Positions 18,901-28,749 of a stretch of 64,000 bases of DNA are shown here, in pieces (position 1 is the stretch's first letter; every line of letters begins with the position of its first letter). The notes beneath the pieces were generated by a model that was not told the DNA's origin, made no database searches, and was given only the letters and a program-made list of their open reading frames with translations. This DNA comes from a virus. The position numbers and the translations under genes were made by a program. The stretch is from positions 1 to 64,000 of IMG/VR virus record IMGVR_UViG_3300044856_000216; one strand, given 5' to 3'.

Positions 18901-19238
18901 TTAAAATAAAACCCTTCAAAGTTACTTTTTGTAATAACTTTATTTAAGTCTTTTCTGCCTTGCTCATTTCTTATCAAACAAATCAAATGAAAATATTTAT
19001 TGTCTTTATCCTTAACAGTAATATCTTCACATTCATATAACTCACATCCATATATCATTTTAATATCTGGATAGTCTTTTTTAATAAGATCAAAATAAAT
19101 AGAGCTATACATATTGCCGTGTTCTGTGGCGGCAAATGCCTTTACACCTATTTCTTTTGCTCTATCCAACATTTCTTTTGGACTACCATATCCATCAAGT
19201 AATGAATAATATGTATGGTTATGTAATGAACTATACAT
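15969..19238 (-). CDS. dnaE: DNA polymerase III alpha subunit (DnaE-type, N-terminal PHP domain)
   Basis: PHP motif LHNHTYYSLLDG, catalytic GLPDIDTD, and HhH/OB-like C-terminal regions. 1089 aa. Confidence 0.9.
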   Translation of the reverse strand: MYSSLHNHTYYSLLDGYGSPKEMLDRAKEIGVKAFAATEHGNMYSSIYFDLIKKDYPDIKMIYGCELYECEDITVKDKDNKYFHLICLIRNEQGRKDLNKVITKSNFEGFYFKPRCTVEDIKPYADNFVISSACLASKLARESDFEKCIEYVNEYKEAFPYFFLEMQSHSHQDQCSYNQKILELSKRTNTPFIITTDSHAPKKEDLYYQDKLIQIGRKSSNNDKNAIENSEVYEGCYMQSEDEIHEIMDSQIGYENVCLGLENTNKVADLIENVDMPFQKPQLPTFPLPDGYRDNNEFLWHLVRQGWKDRGYDNLSEDEQQVRRTRLNYEMGIIHSMGFDGYFLFVWDFIKAAEKLGIEVGKGRGSAAGSLVCYCCHITDIDPIKYGLIFERFLNPERVGLPDIDTDVGNRDAIIDYLVDKYGEERVCQIINYSYITPTVAITDVGKILGFPYNQMQKLSQKFTFDKWDDCMKANPNLLADNPQYADLFDIAKHLSGRVKTVSIHAGGVGIVDTTINDYMPMKIGTKGEHVIQVDKHYVEDIGIVKFDLLGVATLNLVKEIKDDLHLDPWDYDINNPEFENDKATYELLASGKTNGVFQVESAGMKDLLIRLKPKLEQLDFEVISVILALYRPDSMGALDEYVEMATGGSRPPSIHPDMDEILKDTNYCMIYQEQLLDIVKKFGGRTYGGADLFRKAIGKKIVELVQKESEILRGEIVANGYSKEIADKIADELASKGGYLFNKSHSFSYAVLCFETAWFKAHYPTYFFKALFNQNKDKAGAINKYILDARYFNVDIMPPNINHSGMNFTVDKDKVLFGLSAIGGIGESLSKQIIEERENNGIYKSFDDLIQRLSLGKASVIALIKSGAIPCKNKREKLISYLKSEYQPLKFSEVQSLPTYKKLEEDWNINLKKYAIPSSGKRIVYDKEALLAEYNRLKKIQFEENQKIRFQKYIDDNKKYLEDEQFWEFQTLQVFINDNPFDAAYTFLTPFEDVPDGEKCTLVGIIAKVQKKKDKNGKQFAYINIYSSFGLVEGIVWHSQLKEYEDLVKKGQQVAILCKKDSEEKVIVEKLKPYSKWLEYVRKKGVSV

Positions 19239-19248
19239 AACTCACCTC

Positions 19249-21024
19249 CTACCAATCATCGTCTTCATCGTTACTATTTGTACTAATAACAGCTACATCT
19301 TCGATAATAATCTGTGGTGTTCTAATACCGTTATATTCGTTTATTGAAGGTTTTCCGACAATATTAAATGTGATACTATCGTTATCATCCCATGCGTTTT
19401 GAAGAAAATCATATAGCTGATTACCTTCTTTACATTTGAACTGAATGTATTTAATATCATTTACCATAAAACTAATAGTATCCTCATTCTTGCCAAATAC
19501 TTCAAAACAATCTCTTGTCAATGATATATTCTCTATTGCAAGCATAGGTTCATCAATTCCTTGACAAATAACATCTTCAAACTGTGATAACTTAATAATT
19601 AAAGGGATTGTGACATGATTAATGTCTAAGATAAAATCTACACGATATGTAGAATCATATTCAGTATTTTTAAGAATACTGTTCATCATATTAATTGCTT
19701 TTTCTTTATCATCAACTGGTAAATCTACAATACCAAAAGCATTTGCATGACCTTTACCATTAATGAATCCTGTTGAATTAACAATATCTTTAAAACTATC
19801 AATTGGACTATTATCAATATTTCTTGCACTACCACCAAATACAGTTGTTTTTGTCTTTTTATCAAAATGTTTCTTTAGCAGAATGCAAGGTTTATTATAT
19901 TGCTCTGCAATTTTAATTGCTACAACACCAGTTAATCCACTATCAAGTAAGTCAGATACATCAACCATAATAACTTTATCATCAATTGGAAGATTATCTA
20001 CAACTTCTGAAATGGCTTTTACGCCTTTTTCTTTCATTTTATCTTGTCGTGATTTTGCATTTTTACAAAGTCTAGCAGCTCTATCATAAATGCTTTCCTG
20101 AATTGTTTCTGCTGGTTTATTCTTTGTGGCTCTTTTTTTATATTCAAAGAACTCATCTTTTTCAATAAAAGCTCTAAATAACAATTCCTTTTCATCACTT
20201 GAACCGATACGAATCATTCCGTTCAAAATAGGTGTTATATACCATTGGATATTGTGAATATTAACCTTACCATTTATACTGTAATCTTGTGCTTTAATAA
20301 GTGCCTGAAAACATTTATTTGTAATATTAAGTAATCCAAGATTTGTAATATATCTTGTCTCAAATGAACGCATATCCATAACATCGCTAATATTTGCTAA
20401 TGCACACAAGTCTAAATAGTCATCTGCAAACTCATTCCAGGTCTCAGCATCTAATGCTTGTAAAAACTTATATACAACACCTGCTCCACAAAAATCCTTA
20501 TTAGAATAATTGTCACTCATTTGATTATTTATAATCAATGCATATGGATTTTTTTCTTCTGACTCATGGTGATCAAGAATAAGTATATCAATACCCTTTT
20601 CTGAAAGCTCTCTGCACTGTTCTGTGTCATTTGTACCAGCATCAGGGATAATCAATAATTTTGTATCATCAGATATCACAATGTCATCATCTAGTCCATG
20701 TGCCTTTGCTCTTGCGTGTAATATATAATTAACTGGATAATCCGCATTCATTTTCTTAATATAAGAATACATCATAGCTGCTGAACAAAATCCGTCTGGA
20801 TCTTCATCAATAAGTATTTCAATTTTATCTTTGTTATTAAAGTGTTTCATAAATAACTCTACTGCTTTATTCATGTTATCCAAATTTTCGTATGGAATTA
20901 AAACATCTTCATTTAAGTTGAGATATTTTTCATAATCATCAACTCCTCTATTTCTTAAAACCTCCTCTAATACATTGGAAGTATTATTGTCGCTATTTTC
21001 ATATAATTTATACTTCAAATACAC
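19249..21024 (-). CDS. recJ: RecJ-like DHH-family single-stranded-DNA exonuclease
   Basis: DEDPDGFCSA, ILDHHES (DHH) and GKGHANAFG (DHHA1 GGH-like) motifs. Confidence 0.7.
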   Translation of the reverse strand: MYLKYKLYENSDNNTSNVLEEVLRNRGVDDYEKYLNLNEDVLIPYENLDNMNKAVELFMKHFNNKDKIEILIDEDPDGFCSAAMMYSYIKKMNADYPVNYILHARAKAHGLDDDIVISDDTKLLIIPDAGTNDTEQCRELSEKGIDILILDHHESEEKNPYALIINNQMSDNYSNKDFCGAGVVYKFLQALDAETWNEFADDYLDLCALANISDVMDMRSFETRYITNLGLLNITNKCFQALIKAQDYSINGKVNIHNIQWYITPILNGMIRIGSSDEKELLFRAFIEKDEFFEYKKRATKNKPAETIQESIYDRAARLCKNAKSRQDKMKEKGVKAISEVVDNLPIDDKVIMVDVSDLLDSGLTGVVAIKIAEQYNKPCILLKKHFDKKTKTTVFGGSARNIDNSPIDSFKDIVNSTGFINGKGHANAFGIVDLPVDDKEKAINMMNSILKNTEYDSTYRVDFILDINHVTIPLIIKLSQFEDVICQGIDEPMLAIENISLTRDCFEVFGKNEDTISFMVNDIKYIQFKCKEGNQLYDFLQNAWDDNDSITFNIVGKPSINEYNGIRTPQIIIEDVAVISTNSNDEDDDW

Positions 21025-21030
21025 ACCTTC

Positions 21031-22071
21031 CTATCTTAATCTGTATATATTATTCTCTACCAAATGCTTCCATTTAATAGGATCATCTGTTGGGGATTCT
21101 TTCTTACCAAGAATATTATCTTCATCAAACATATAATAAAGTGGAACACCATCAGGAAATCTTTCTGCCAATTCCTCTAATTCTTCTTTTTTTACATCTT
21201 TGTCCAAACATAAAACTATATCAACACCAAGTCTAACTAGCATATCAATTTGATATTGTGAAAGTTCCTTTCCACCTGTACCACCAGTGTTTTGGCAACC
21301 ATAACTCCATGCTTGTTCAACAAATTTTTCAGATTCACCAACATAAATCCTTCCTGTTCTTTTTATATAAGGAAGAGTTTTATACAATCCATATATAATT
21401 TTTGATTTTGCACATGGCTCTAAATAAATATATTTATTCATTCCATCAGGTACTTTTCTATCAAAATATCTTGCTTTTACACCGACTAAATCTCCTAATT
21501 CAGAACGAATAGGAATTGTGTATCGGTTTGTTTCTTCATCAAAACCTATCTCAAACTCTCTTTGTGTTTCATAATCTATATGGTCTTCGTAGAATAAATC
21601 ATTTACATAAGGTTTATAATACGAAAGTATTTTCTCCGAAATAGGTTGTAATGGTTTTTCTTTCTCTTCTGATATATTAGAATCCATATCTTCTAACATT
21701 TTCAGTATTTTAAAACTATCTGGAATATCCTCTTCAAAATCGTGATAATAAGACATTCCTATTTCTGAGCATATTTCCTTTAATCCTTCTGGAAATGTAA
21801 GGTCTTTGACATAACACACAAAATCAATAATATCTGTTTGTCTGTTACTCTTTATCATTTGTCGAGTTTTATTCAAACAGATAAGGGATTCATTATTGTA
21901 TAAAATAATTGCTCCCTTATTATCTCCATCAGGATTACCAGCAGTCCAATATGCTCCAACTGAATGATATTTGATATGGTGGCAACCAACGGATTCTAAT
22001 ATCTGTTCACAATAATTATTTTCATATATATAATTCTTTAACTCTTTTACATCCAAGCTGCCACCCTCCAA
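21031..22071 (-). CDS. dnaG: DNA primase (TOPRIM type)
   Basis: TOPRIM Glu in IYVGESEKFVEQA and DxD in VLCLDKD. Positioned between the DnaB-like and RecJ-like genes. Confidence 0.65.
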   Translation of the reverse strand: MEGGSLDVKELKNYIYENNYCEQILESVGCHHIKYHSVGAYWTAGNPDGDNKGAIILYNNESLICLNKTRQMIKSNRQTDIIDFVCYVKDLTFPEGLKEICSEIGMSYYHDFEEDIPDSFKILKMLEDMDSNISEEKEKPLQPISEKILSYYKPYVNDLFYEDHIDYETQREFEIGFDEETNRYTIPIRSELGDLVGVKARYFDRKVPDGMNKYIYLEPCAKSKIIYGLYKTLPYIKRTGRIYVGESEKFVEQAWSYGCQNTGGTGGKELSQYQIDMLVRLGVDIVLCLDKDVKKEELEELAERFPDGVPLYYMFDEDNILGKKESPTDDPIKWKHLVENNIYRLR

Positions 22072-23625
22072 TTAGTCACTATTTTTTGGTTTTTTAATGA
22101 TATAACCTATATTTCTCCAAATATTTAAGTTCAAATCAATCTCAAATAACATAATCTTGTCTTTACTACCTGCTCTGTTTTTATCTGGTTTGATACAAAA
22201 ATATTGTTTACTTAAATCCAAATCTTCCGTCACTGGCTCACCCCAAGAATCACATTCTAAAACAACTTGATATTTATGGTATTCTTCCTTATTTAACTTT
22301 TTACCAATATTCAGAATATCAGCTACATGCTTTATTTGCTTTGCATTGGCAATGTTATTACTACTCAAACTAAAAATATCAGTAAACACCGTATCATCAC
22401 TTAACTGGAATACTGCATATCCACTCATACGAAGTTCTTTTGTTAATTCTTTCAATTTAGTTGCAAATTGTTTAATTTGTGACCAATCATCAGTGTTATA
22501 ACCTTTTAACGTGTCATAACCATAATATTTAATGTTCTGAACCATCTTTGCTTTACGCAATTCAAATTCAATTCTCTCAGGGCTATAATCATCTCCAACA
22601 TCTTTAAACATAACTTTGCCCTTACGATCACTACTATCAATCCAATCTGTAATTTTTTTTACATTCCAATATTCCTCTGATGTATCTTTTATTCTCTTTA
22701 TGTAATCCTCATTGCTTTCAAGATAAACACCATTATCGTCAATTTTTCTTCTGATAATGTCACCATTTTTATCATGATAAACACCTAACACAATCTCTTT
22801 CTCAGGCTTTGTAATATGTACACCATGCAATTCTTGAAACTCTTTATTGTTAATAACAGTCGTAATAAGACAACTACGAAGGTCTTCTTCATCCATCTCG
22901 TTGCTCATAAGAAAAAAGTTCTCATTTTGCACAAGTGCCACATAAGCTGCTAAAAGTACAAGTTTTCTTGTTTTACCCTCATTAGAAAGGAAGCCTTCAA
23001 AGAGAACTTTTGTCTCTCTAAGACCAAGAAAAAATTCGTTATACATATACCAAGGGAAAGGTAAGCCGAAATTTGGCTTTTCAAGATATTTGTCGATTTG
23101 AGATGAGTTTTTATCAGTAAGCTCAACAGCTTCTTCACCAGCATTAATTACTGTATTTATCTTATCTGCTTTTGTACGGATAATTCTGTAAATGTCATTT
23201 GGTGACATTTTATCAAAGTTCCTATGAGATAATATCTTCTCAACTGGAAACCCATTTCTTCCATACTCTCTTACTAATGAATATTTCTTAACAGTATCAA
23301 AATAATTTTTCACATCATTTTCATCTGCCAATGTCATAAACCTTTGAAGTGTTTTCCATCCTTTATACTGCTTATATAATTTAAGTCGTTCTTCATTCTG
23401 ACTCATAAACACATTCATTTTTGTTTCATCTAATGTTTGTGAAAATGTAAGAAAATAAGTTTCAAGATTATCATAAAAGAATTTTGTCGCAGGATCAGAG
23501 AAGTCATACTTACTTCTCATAAATGTACTGTAATTTACAATCAAGTCTAAATTCTTTGCTATAGAGCCAACAAACAGGATTTCTGCTTGCACGTTACAAT
23601 CTTTTAATTCATGTTCATTATCCAA
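22072..23625 (-). CDS. dnaB: DnaB-like replicative helicase
   Basis: N-terminal NVQAEILFVGSI resembles the DnaB N-domain AE..vLG motif. Walker A-like FLSNEGKT is present. Confidence 0.6.
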   Translation of the reverse strand: MDNEHELKDCNVQAEILFVGSIAKNLDLIVNYSTFMRSKYDFSDPATKFFYDNLETYFLTFSQTLDETKMNVFMSQNEERLKLYKQYKGWKTLQRFMTLADENDVKNYFDTVKKYSLVREYGRNGFPVEKILSHRNFDKMSPNDIYRIIRTKADKINTVINAGEEAVELTDKNSSQIDKYLEKPNFGLPFPWYMYNEFFLGLRETKVLFEGFLSNEGKTRKLVLLAAYVALVQNENFFLMSNEMDEEDLRSCLITTVINNKEFQELHGVHITKPEKEIVLGVYHDKNGDIIRRKIDDNGVYLESNEDYIKRIKDTSEEYWNVKKITDWIDSSDRKGKVMFKDVGDDYSPERIEFELRKAKMVQNIKYYGYDTLKGYNTDDWSQIKQFATKLKELTKELRMSGYAVFQLSDDTVFTDIFSLSSNNIANAKQIKHVADILNIGKKLNKEEYHKYQVVLECDSWGEPVTEDLDLSKQYFCIKPDKNRAGSKDKIMLFEIDLNLNIWRNIGYIIKKPKNSD

Positions 23626-23634
23626 TATTATCTC

Positions 23635-24507
23635 CTATCCAAAAATATCATCCACCAAGTCTGAAATATCATCTGTATCAGCCTTACTATCTTTAGACAC
23701 ATTAGTATAACCAATTGATTGACTGACAATATTCTGTGATTTTTCTGTTTCTTTCTCCGCTTCAAGTATTTTCTGTTTTTCTTTCCACCTTAAATAACTG
23801 TCATATTTATTTATTAATATAGATAAATCATATAACACTAATAGTTCTGGGGTTATTACCTTATTTGACTGAGATATTAGCTTTTGATTAGAGCTTCTTA
23901 AATAATCTATTTTTCTTTCCCACATATCTAATAATTCACTTGCAGATATAGGAACATCTATTTTTTTACTAGTACCATTGATTACATCTTTTATTTTTGT
24001 CCAAGGTAACTTTACAATATTATATTCATCTCTTAAAAAAGAGCATAAATCAGATTCATCAAACCATTGTGAAATATATTTATTTGCATCATTAGAAAAT
24101 TTTTCAATATTGTCTTTATTTATGCCCTTTTTGTTAAGAAGTCCTAATATAATTTCTTCTCCCTCGCATAAATACTTTTCTAAATTTTTTAATGCATTTG
24201 TTCGTTTAGGTGTTGGAGTTTTTGTTGCATGACACCATTCAATAAAGCAATCCTTGTGATAATAATGTTTATCATAATAAACCAGTTTATGCTCATTTTC
24301 TGTAACATCTATATCTTCATGGCAATAACAACATTTTTTTCTTATTTTATTCATATTGATAAAACAGTCTTTATGATATAAATGTCCATCAAAATATATA
24401 ACATCATTGTCCACTTTATTTCTATAAATTATTAGAGATGACTTACAACAAAAACAAGTAGGTCTAGGATACATAATTTCTTTTTTATTAATTACTATTC
24501 GTGCCAT
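23635..24507 (-). CDS. Zinc-finger protein with an acidic C-terminus
   Basis: Repeated C..C...H..C blocks (CFCCKS...HKDCF, CCYCHE...HKDCF). No family recognised. Confidence 0.5.
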   Translation of the reverse strand: MARIVINKKEIMYPRPTCFCCKSSLIIYRNKVDNDVIYFDGHLYHKDCFINMNKIRKKCCYCHEDIDVTENEHKLVYYDKHYYHKDCFIEWCHATKTPTPKRTNALKNLEKYLCEGEEIILGLLNKKGINKDNIEKFSNDANKYISQWFDESDLCSFLRDEYNIVKLPWTKIKDVINGTSKKIDVPISASELLDMWERKIDYLRSSNQKLISQSNKVITPELLVLYDLSILINKYDSYLRWKEKQKILEAEKETEKSQNIVSQSIGYTNVSKDSKADTDDISDLVDDIFG

Positions 24508-24566
24508 ATTTTCTCCAAATGAGAACCTAAATCATCTAATTTAAAGATGATTTAGGTTAAAAAAAT

Positions 24567-25730
24567 TTAATCAAACATTGCTAATACTTTATTAAGAATC
24601 TCAATATCAGTTACATTCTTGTATGCTGTAGGAAGTCCTGCTGCTTCAAGTTTTTCCTTCATTGCTTTCTTCTCTGTAGGTGGAAGTGCATTTCTCTTAG
24701 CAATAATTTCTTTTTTGATGGCTTCAATGTCTGCACTATTGCCATTATCAGATATACTTGTTGTTTCCGAATTATCAGGCTCTCCGACCTTGCCAAGAAT
24801 CTCCTTACTGTAAATATCCTGCTCAACATCAACTGCCTTTGTTAAGTCATTCTTTACTACAAAAGCCTTCTTATCTGCTGTCTTATCAATAACTGACTGC
24901 CAATCAAGTAATGTAGGATCTTCGATAATCGAATTATCTTCGTGTGTATGTGTTCTATCCTTTTTAACATGCGCACATACTGTTCCTTCTTCATTTCTGT
25001 ACATACGGATTTCAGTCTTGACATTATATGTCATACCCTTAAATCCATCAGGAATCTTTCTACCAGTTACAACACTCATAGTTGAACCATCAGACTGCTT
25101 AATTGTTTCTTTTTCATCAGTCTCTCTAGCAGTTACAATATAGTGAACGCCAGATGCCATAAGATCAAGAATTAAGTCCTGCCCCTTGAAGTTAATTGTC
25201 TGATAATCTTTTAACTCCATTCCTGCTCCCTCAATCTTAACAAGTCTGGCATCACCAACAAGTCCATCCTTATCAGCCTTAACCTTATTTCTCTTTTTAG
25301 AGAATTCTACTAATCCCTGCTTTGTTGTTAAGTTAAGAATTGTAGTACCATCAACAACAATTGCATCTGCTCTAAATGGTTCTCCATCTGCGTCAAGAAC
25401 TACATTATCTGTCTCATCTCCGTCATCATCAAGTTCATAGAAATCTTCTCCATTCTTAACTTTTGCGATATACTGTCTTACTTCTCCAAGTGACTGAGTA
25501 TATACAATATAAATATTTTCAAGGTTTACACCATTCGCTTCTAAGTCACCTAAATAATCATCAATTGAACCAGTCTCAGGATCAAGGTATAAAACTCTGA
25601 AAGGCTTTCCATCAGGACGCTTAAAGTATGCAAGCTGCATAGCCATTGTTGACTTGCCTGTAAACTGCTCTCCATATAAAATCATACCTAACTTACTCTG
25701 TGTGACTGACGCTTTTCTTGCTTTTGCCAT
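24567..25730 (-). CDS. AAA_24/Sak4-like P-loop ATPase (recombination/replication accessory)
   Basis: MILYGEQFTGKSTMAMQLA Walker A and the VVDG Walker B context. Typical position next to an SSB gene. Confidence 0.5.
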   Translation of the reverse strand: MAKARKASVTQSKLGMILYGEQFTGKSTMAMQLAYFKRPDGKPFRVLYLDPETGSIDDYLGDLEANGVNLENIYIVYTQSLGEVRQYIAKVKNGEDFYELDDDGDETDNVVLDADGEPFRADAIVVDGTTILNLTTKQGLVEFSKKRNKVKADKDGLVGDARLVKIEGAGMELKDYQTINFKGQDLILDLMASGVHYIVTARETDEKETIKQSDGSTMSVVTGRKIPDGFKGMTYNVKTEIRMYRNEEGTVCAHVKKDRTHTHEDNSIIEDPTLLDWQSVIDKTADKKAFVVKNDLTKAVDVEQDIYSKEILGKVGEPDNSETTSISDNGNSADIEAIKKEIIAKRNALPPTEKKAMKEKLEAAGLPTAYKNVTDIEILNKVLAMFD

Positions 25731-25818
25731 TAAATAATTCCTCCGTAATTCTATAATATTGGTTTATTGGAACGCCATTTCTGACGTTCCACTTAGTTAT
25801 TCTCTAGTTGCTAAAGGA

Positions 25819-26898
25819 TTAATCCCAAGCTTCGTCCTCGTCTGATCCGTCAAGATCATCAGCACTTCCCCAATCATCATTAGAGTCAGAACCGAAACTC
25901 TCCTCTGCCCTATTTGCATTCCTAATCTTTGCAATAGCTTCTGTTACATTCTCCTCTGTGTAAAGCTCCTTATCAATTGAAGAACCCTTTGCTCCTGTGA
26001 TAATAAACTCTCTCTTTGTAGGTGCAGATACTTTCTCCATACTGTCCTCTTCGCCCCAATTGTCATCATCATCTGTTGTAACTGTCTCTGTCTGAGTAGA
26101 AGAAACCATATGTCCACTTACCTTAATTGCATTATAAGGATTAAGTGACTTTTTAAACTTATTAGCGAGAGCCTTATCCTCAATGATAAACTGAACATCT
26201 TCAATATTGCTGTATGTAACAATCTTTGCAAGGACAATAAATCTACCTGTTGGCTTATCATTATCATCTTTTTCCTGCTCAATACCCATGAAAATAATTA
26301 CCTGGTTGAAATCGTTCTGTTTCTCAAACTTCTCATCATCAAAGTTGACCTCTGAGCAAAGTGAAATCTGATTTGGAACAAGCTTTGTAGATGTTCTCTT
26401 ATTGCCCTTGTCATCTGTGAAACTGCTATAATCAAGATTTCCACGAATAAATACGCTTGCACCATCCTTCAGATTCTCTTTAACTTCCTTACAAGCATCA
26501 AAATCTGTAAGAACCTTCTTGTCATTAACTGTCTTACCCTCAGAATTAACCTTCTTTTTTACACCAATGTTTTTACCAATCATACGGTAGCCTTCACGGT
26601 TATAAGAGAATCTATCAGCCCAAGGTACTTTTACAGTATCAGCCTTTTCACCCTTTTTCTCAGCTCTCTTAGAGAAATAAACATTCTCCTGCTCCATTCC
26701 CTGAAGATTGACATATAATGTCTCACCATCAAGATAACTTGTGCCAAAATTAAGCATTCTCATAGGTTTTCCACTTTTAGTCTTAATCTCTTTAAATGCC
26801 GTATCCTTCTCCATACCAGATACAACTCCCTTTAACTGGAATGCACCCTTTGTCTCAGGTAAATCAAATAATCTTCCTTTTTTCTTTGTCTCTGCCAT
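25819..26898 (-). CDS. Putative ssDNA-binding protein with an acidic C-terminal tail
   Basis: C-terminus DDWGSADDLDGSDEDEAWD is SSB-tail-like. Located in the replication module. The fold was not verified. Confidence 0.4.
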   Translation of the reverse strand: MAETKKKGRLFDLPETKGAFQLKGVVSGMEKDTAFKEIKTKSGKPMRMLNFGTSYLDGETLYVNLQGMEQENVYFSKRAEKKGEKADTVKVPWADRFSYNREGYRMIGKNIGVKKKVNSEGKTVNDKKVLTDFDACKEVKENLKDGASVFIRGNLDYSSFTDDKGNKRTSTKLVPNQISLCSEVNFDDEKFEKQNDFNQVIIFMGIEQEKDDNDKPTGRFIVLAKIVTYSNIEDVQFIIEDKALANKFKKSLNPYNAIKVSGHMVSSTQTETVTTDDDDNWGEEDSMEKVSAPTKREFIITGAKGSSIDKELYTEENVTEAIAKIRNANRAEESFGSDSNDDWGSADDLDGSDEDEAWD

Positions 26899-27060
26899 TT
26901 AAAAAATGTCCTCCTTATAATATGTAATAAAATTTTTGATAACTATATTTGAACAGTCTTGCGACTGGAACACAGAAGTTAATTTATGTAAACATCTATG
27001 TATAATCAGTGATTTTTGAGTATAAAAACCCAAGGGTATGCTGTTCTTCCACCCATATTT

Positions 27061-27135
27061 ATATTCTCTATTCAGTTTTGATTTTTGGAATTTTTTGAAC
27101 TGATTTGTTCGAGACTGATTAGATAATCTCTAAGA
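27061..27135. repeat. Intergenic repeat, copy 1 (left half matches 28691-28726, right half matches 27588-27638)
   Basis: TTTGGAATTTTTTGAACTGATTTGTTCGAGACTGATTAGATAATCTCTAAGA versus copy 2 is about 44/51 identical by eye. Confidence 0.7.
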
Positions 27136-27145
27136 ACAAGATGAT

Positions 27146-27574
27146 TTAGCAAAAATCACTTGCATCCATGCCATAATATTCTTGCATCTCAATACAACAT
27201 TGGTCATCATATAATGGAGTTTTCTTAGCTCTTTCAAAATACTTGCCAATATCTAACCAACATTGATGTTTCGTAAGAGGTTGAATATCCATACCTAAGT
27301 GATTGTTGATGAATAATATTGTCTTTTTCTGTTTTTCCGTTGGATTATATTTCTCAGGAATCTTCCATTCATCATCTAAATATATAATTTTACAGGACTT
27401 ACAAACAAATTTTTTATGTTCAACTTTCTGATAATAAATCTCTTTATCTCCACAATGATAAAACTCTTCCATTTTACAATAGCTTTTATTATCCATTTCT
27501 TTGTCACAATTAGGGCACTTCACTTTCTCACCTCGCTTATATATTCTCTTATTTCCAACGAATATAATATTCAT
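27146..27574 (-). CDS. Zinc-ribbon protein (start uncertain)
   Basis: CPNCDK...CKSCK. No clear SD for either the ATG 27574 or the TTG 27616 start. Confidence 0.5.
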   Translation of the reverse strand: MNIIFVGNKRIYKRGEKVKCPNCDKEMDNKSYCKMEEFYHCGDKEIYYQKVEHKKFVCKSCKIIYLDDEWKIPEKYNPTEKQKKTILFINNHLGMDIQPLTKHQCWLDIGKYFERAKKTPLYDDQCCIEMQEYYGMDASDFC

Positions 27575-27587
27575 TATGTATGTTTTT

Positions 27588-27638
27588 GTTTGGAATTTTT
27601 GAACTGAATCGTTCAAGACTGATTAGATATTATCTAAG
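27588..27638. repeat. Intergenic repeat, copy 2, direct with copy 1 and 504 bp away
   Basis: See copy 1. This copy overlaps the stop of the YopX-like gene and contains the TTGAAC-6nt-GTTCAA hairpin. Confidence 0.7.
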
Positions 27639-28030
27639 ATATTTCCTGTTATTTCATACATTTCCAAATCATTTAATTCACACCATGATTCAAAGTTATC
27701 TCTCTGAACATACCAACCAACATTCATTCCGAGAAATTCATTTTCACCATTTCCATAAGATACTACATTATATAATTCTCCGTTTAGAATGTCGTTTTCA
27801 AAGATTAACTTACCATTCTTATCATGGCTGCCTGTACATCTACACAATGTCTTTGGATCTATTTCTTCAAAACCATCAGTTTCGCCATTAGAATAGAATA
27901 TTGTTGCTGATTCAAATATTAGATGAACTTCTTTGTCATACATATCTAAACCTTTTACATAATATCCACAAACCCATTGACCACTACTAATGCTCTTTGC
28001 TTTACATAGCTGCGTATCCAAGTTTATCAC
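27623..28030 (-). CDS. YopX-family protein
   Basis: WVCGYY and HDKNGKLIFENDIL are typical YopX blocks (from memory). Confidence 0.5.
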   Translation of the reverse strand: MINLDTQLCKAKSISSGQWVCGYYVKGLDMYDKEVHLIFESATIFYSNGETDGFEEIDPKTLCRCTGSHDKNGKLIFENDILNGELYNVVSYGNGENEFLGMNVGWYVQRDNFESWCELNDLEMYEITGNILDNI

Positions 28031-28037
28031 CTCTTAA

Positions 28038-28355
28038 CTATGTATTCTCTGTCTTACTTGCTTCCCATAAACATTCCAATATATTAGTTTTGTTTTTATC
28101 TTGAAATTTATAATCCATTTCATAATCTGTAAAACTAATTGTTGCCTTTTTCTTATGCTCAATTTTTCCAGTTATAGAATTCCATTCATCCCAACAAGTA
28201 ATTTCTATCTTTGCATCATTTAAATTTGAAATATCAATTCCGATATTTATACTTTCTGATTTGTCTTTAATAGTGCCTTTTGCATCTATATGCATATTCT
28301 CTAATTTATCAAGAATAATATCTGATAAGTTTATAAGATCCTCTATCTTTCTCAC
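28038..28355 (-). CDS. Hypothetical protein (start uncertain)
   Basis: Co-oriented ORF. The GTG track start overlaps its own GAGGAGG SD. Confidence 0.4.
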   Translation of the reverse strand: MRKIEDLINLSDIILDKLENMHIDAKGTIKDKSESINIGIDISNLNDAKIEITCWDEWNSITGKIEHKKKATISFTDYEMDYKFQDKNKTNILECLWEASKTENT

Positions 28356-28387
28356 CTCCTCGAATTTCGCATGAAACAGTAAATTAT

Positions 28388-28669
28388 TTATTTACTGTAC
28401 AAATCAATCTGCTTCATCTTTTTAAGAAATAACTTCATCTCATATCCAGTAAGACCAACACATGTATTTCCAACTTTCTTTTCATCCATCAAATCTGGAT
28501 CATAAGACTGTAAAATGTGTTTACCAGAACTTTTATGTAGAATATCTACAGATTGAGTAAAATTATATTTGCTATTTTTCCTCTCGTACCTTACACCATA
28601 TTTATCCTCTTCGATTTTAACAAAACCAATCTCTTTTAACTTTTCGTCTACACTTTTAAATAACTTCAT
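28388..28669 (-). CDS. Hypothetical protein
   Basis: Co-oriented ORF. No family recognised. Confidence 0.45.
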   Translation of the reverse strand: MKLFKSVDEKLKEIGFVKIEEDKYGVRYERKNSKYNFTQSVDILHKSSGKHILQSYDPDLMDEKKVGNTCVGLTGYEMKLFLKKMKQIDLYSK

Positions 28670-28690
28670 ATAATTCTTCCTTTCACTTAC

Positions 28691-28726
28691 TTATTCTCTA
28701 TTCGATTTTCATTTTTATTGGAAATT
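28691..28726. repeat. Intergenic repeat, copy 3 (matches the left half of copy 1)
   Basis: TTATTCTCTATTCGATTTTCATTTTTATTGGAAATT versus ATATTCTCTATTCAGTTTTGATTTTTGGAATTTT. Confidence 0.6.
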
Positions 28727-28749
28727 GTGACTCGAATGAATTTTAAAAA

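Noticed and set aside
25760-25790. Hairpin GGAACG-10nt-CGTTCC between the SSB-like and AAA_24 genes as a terminator
   Set aside because: No U tract follows on the coding (minus) strand, and the stem is short. It may be a processing site, but the evidence is insufficient.
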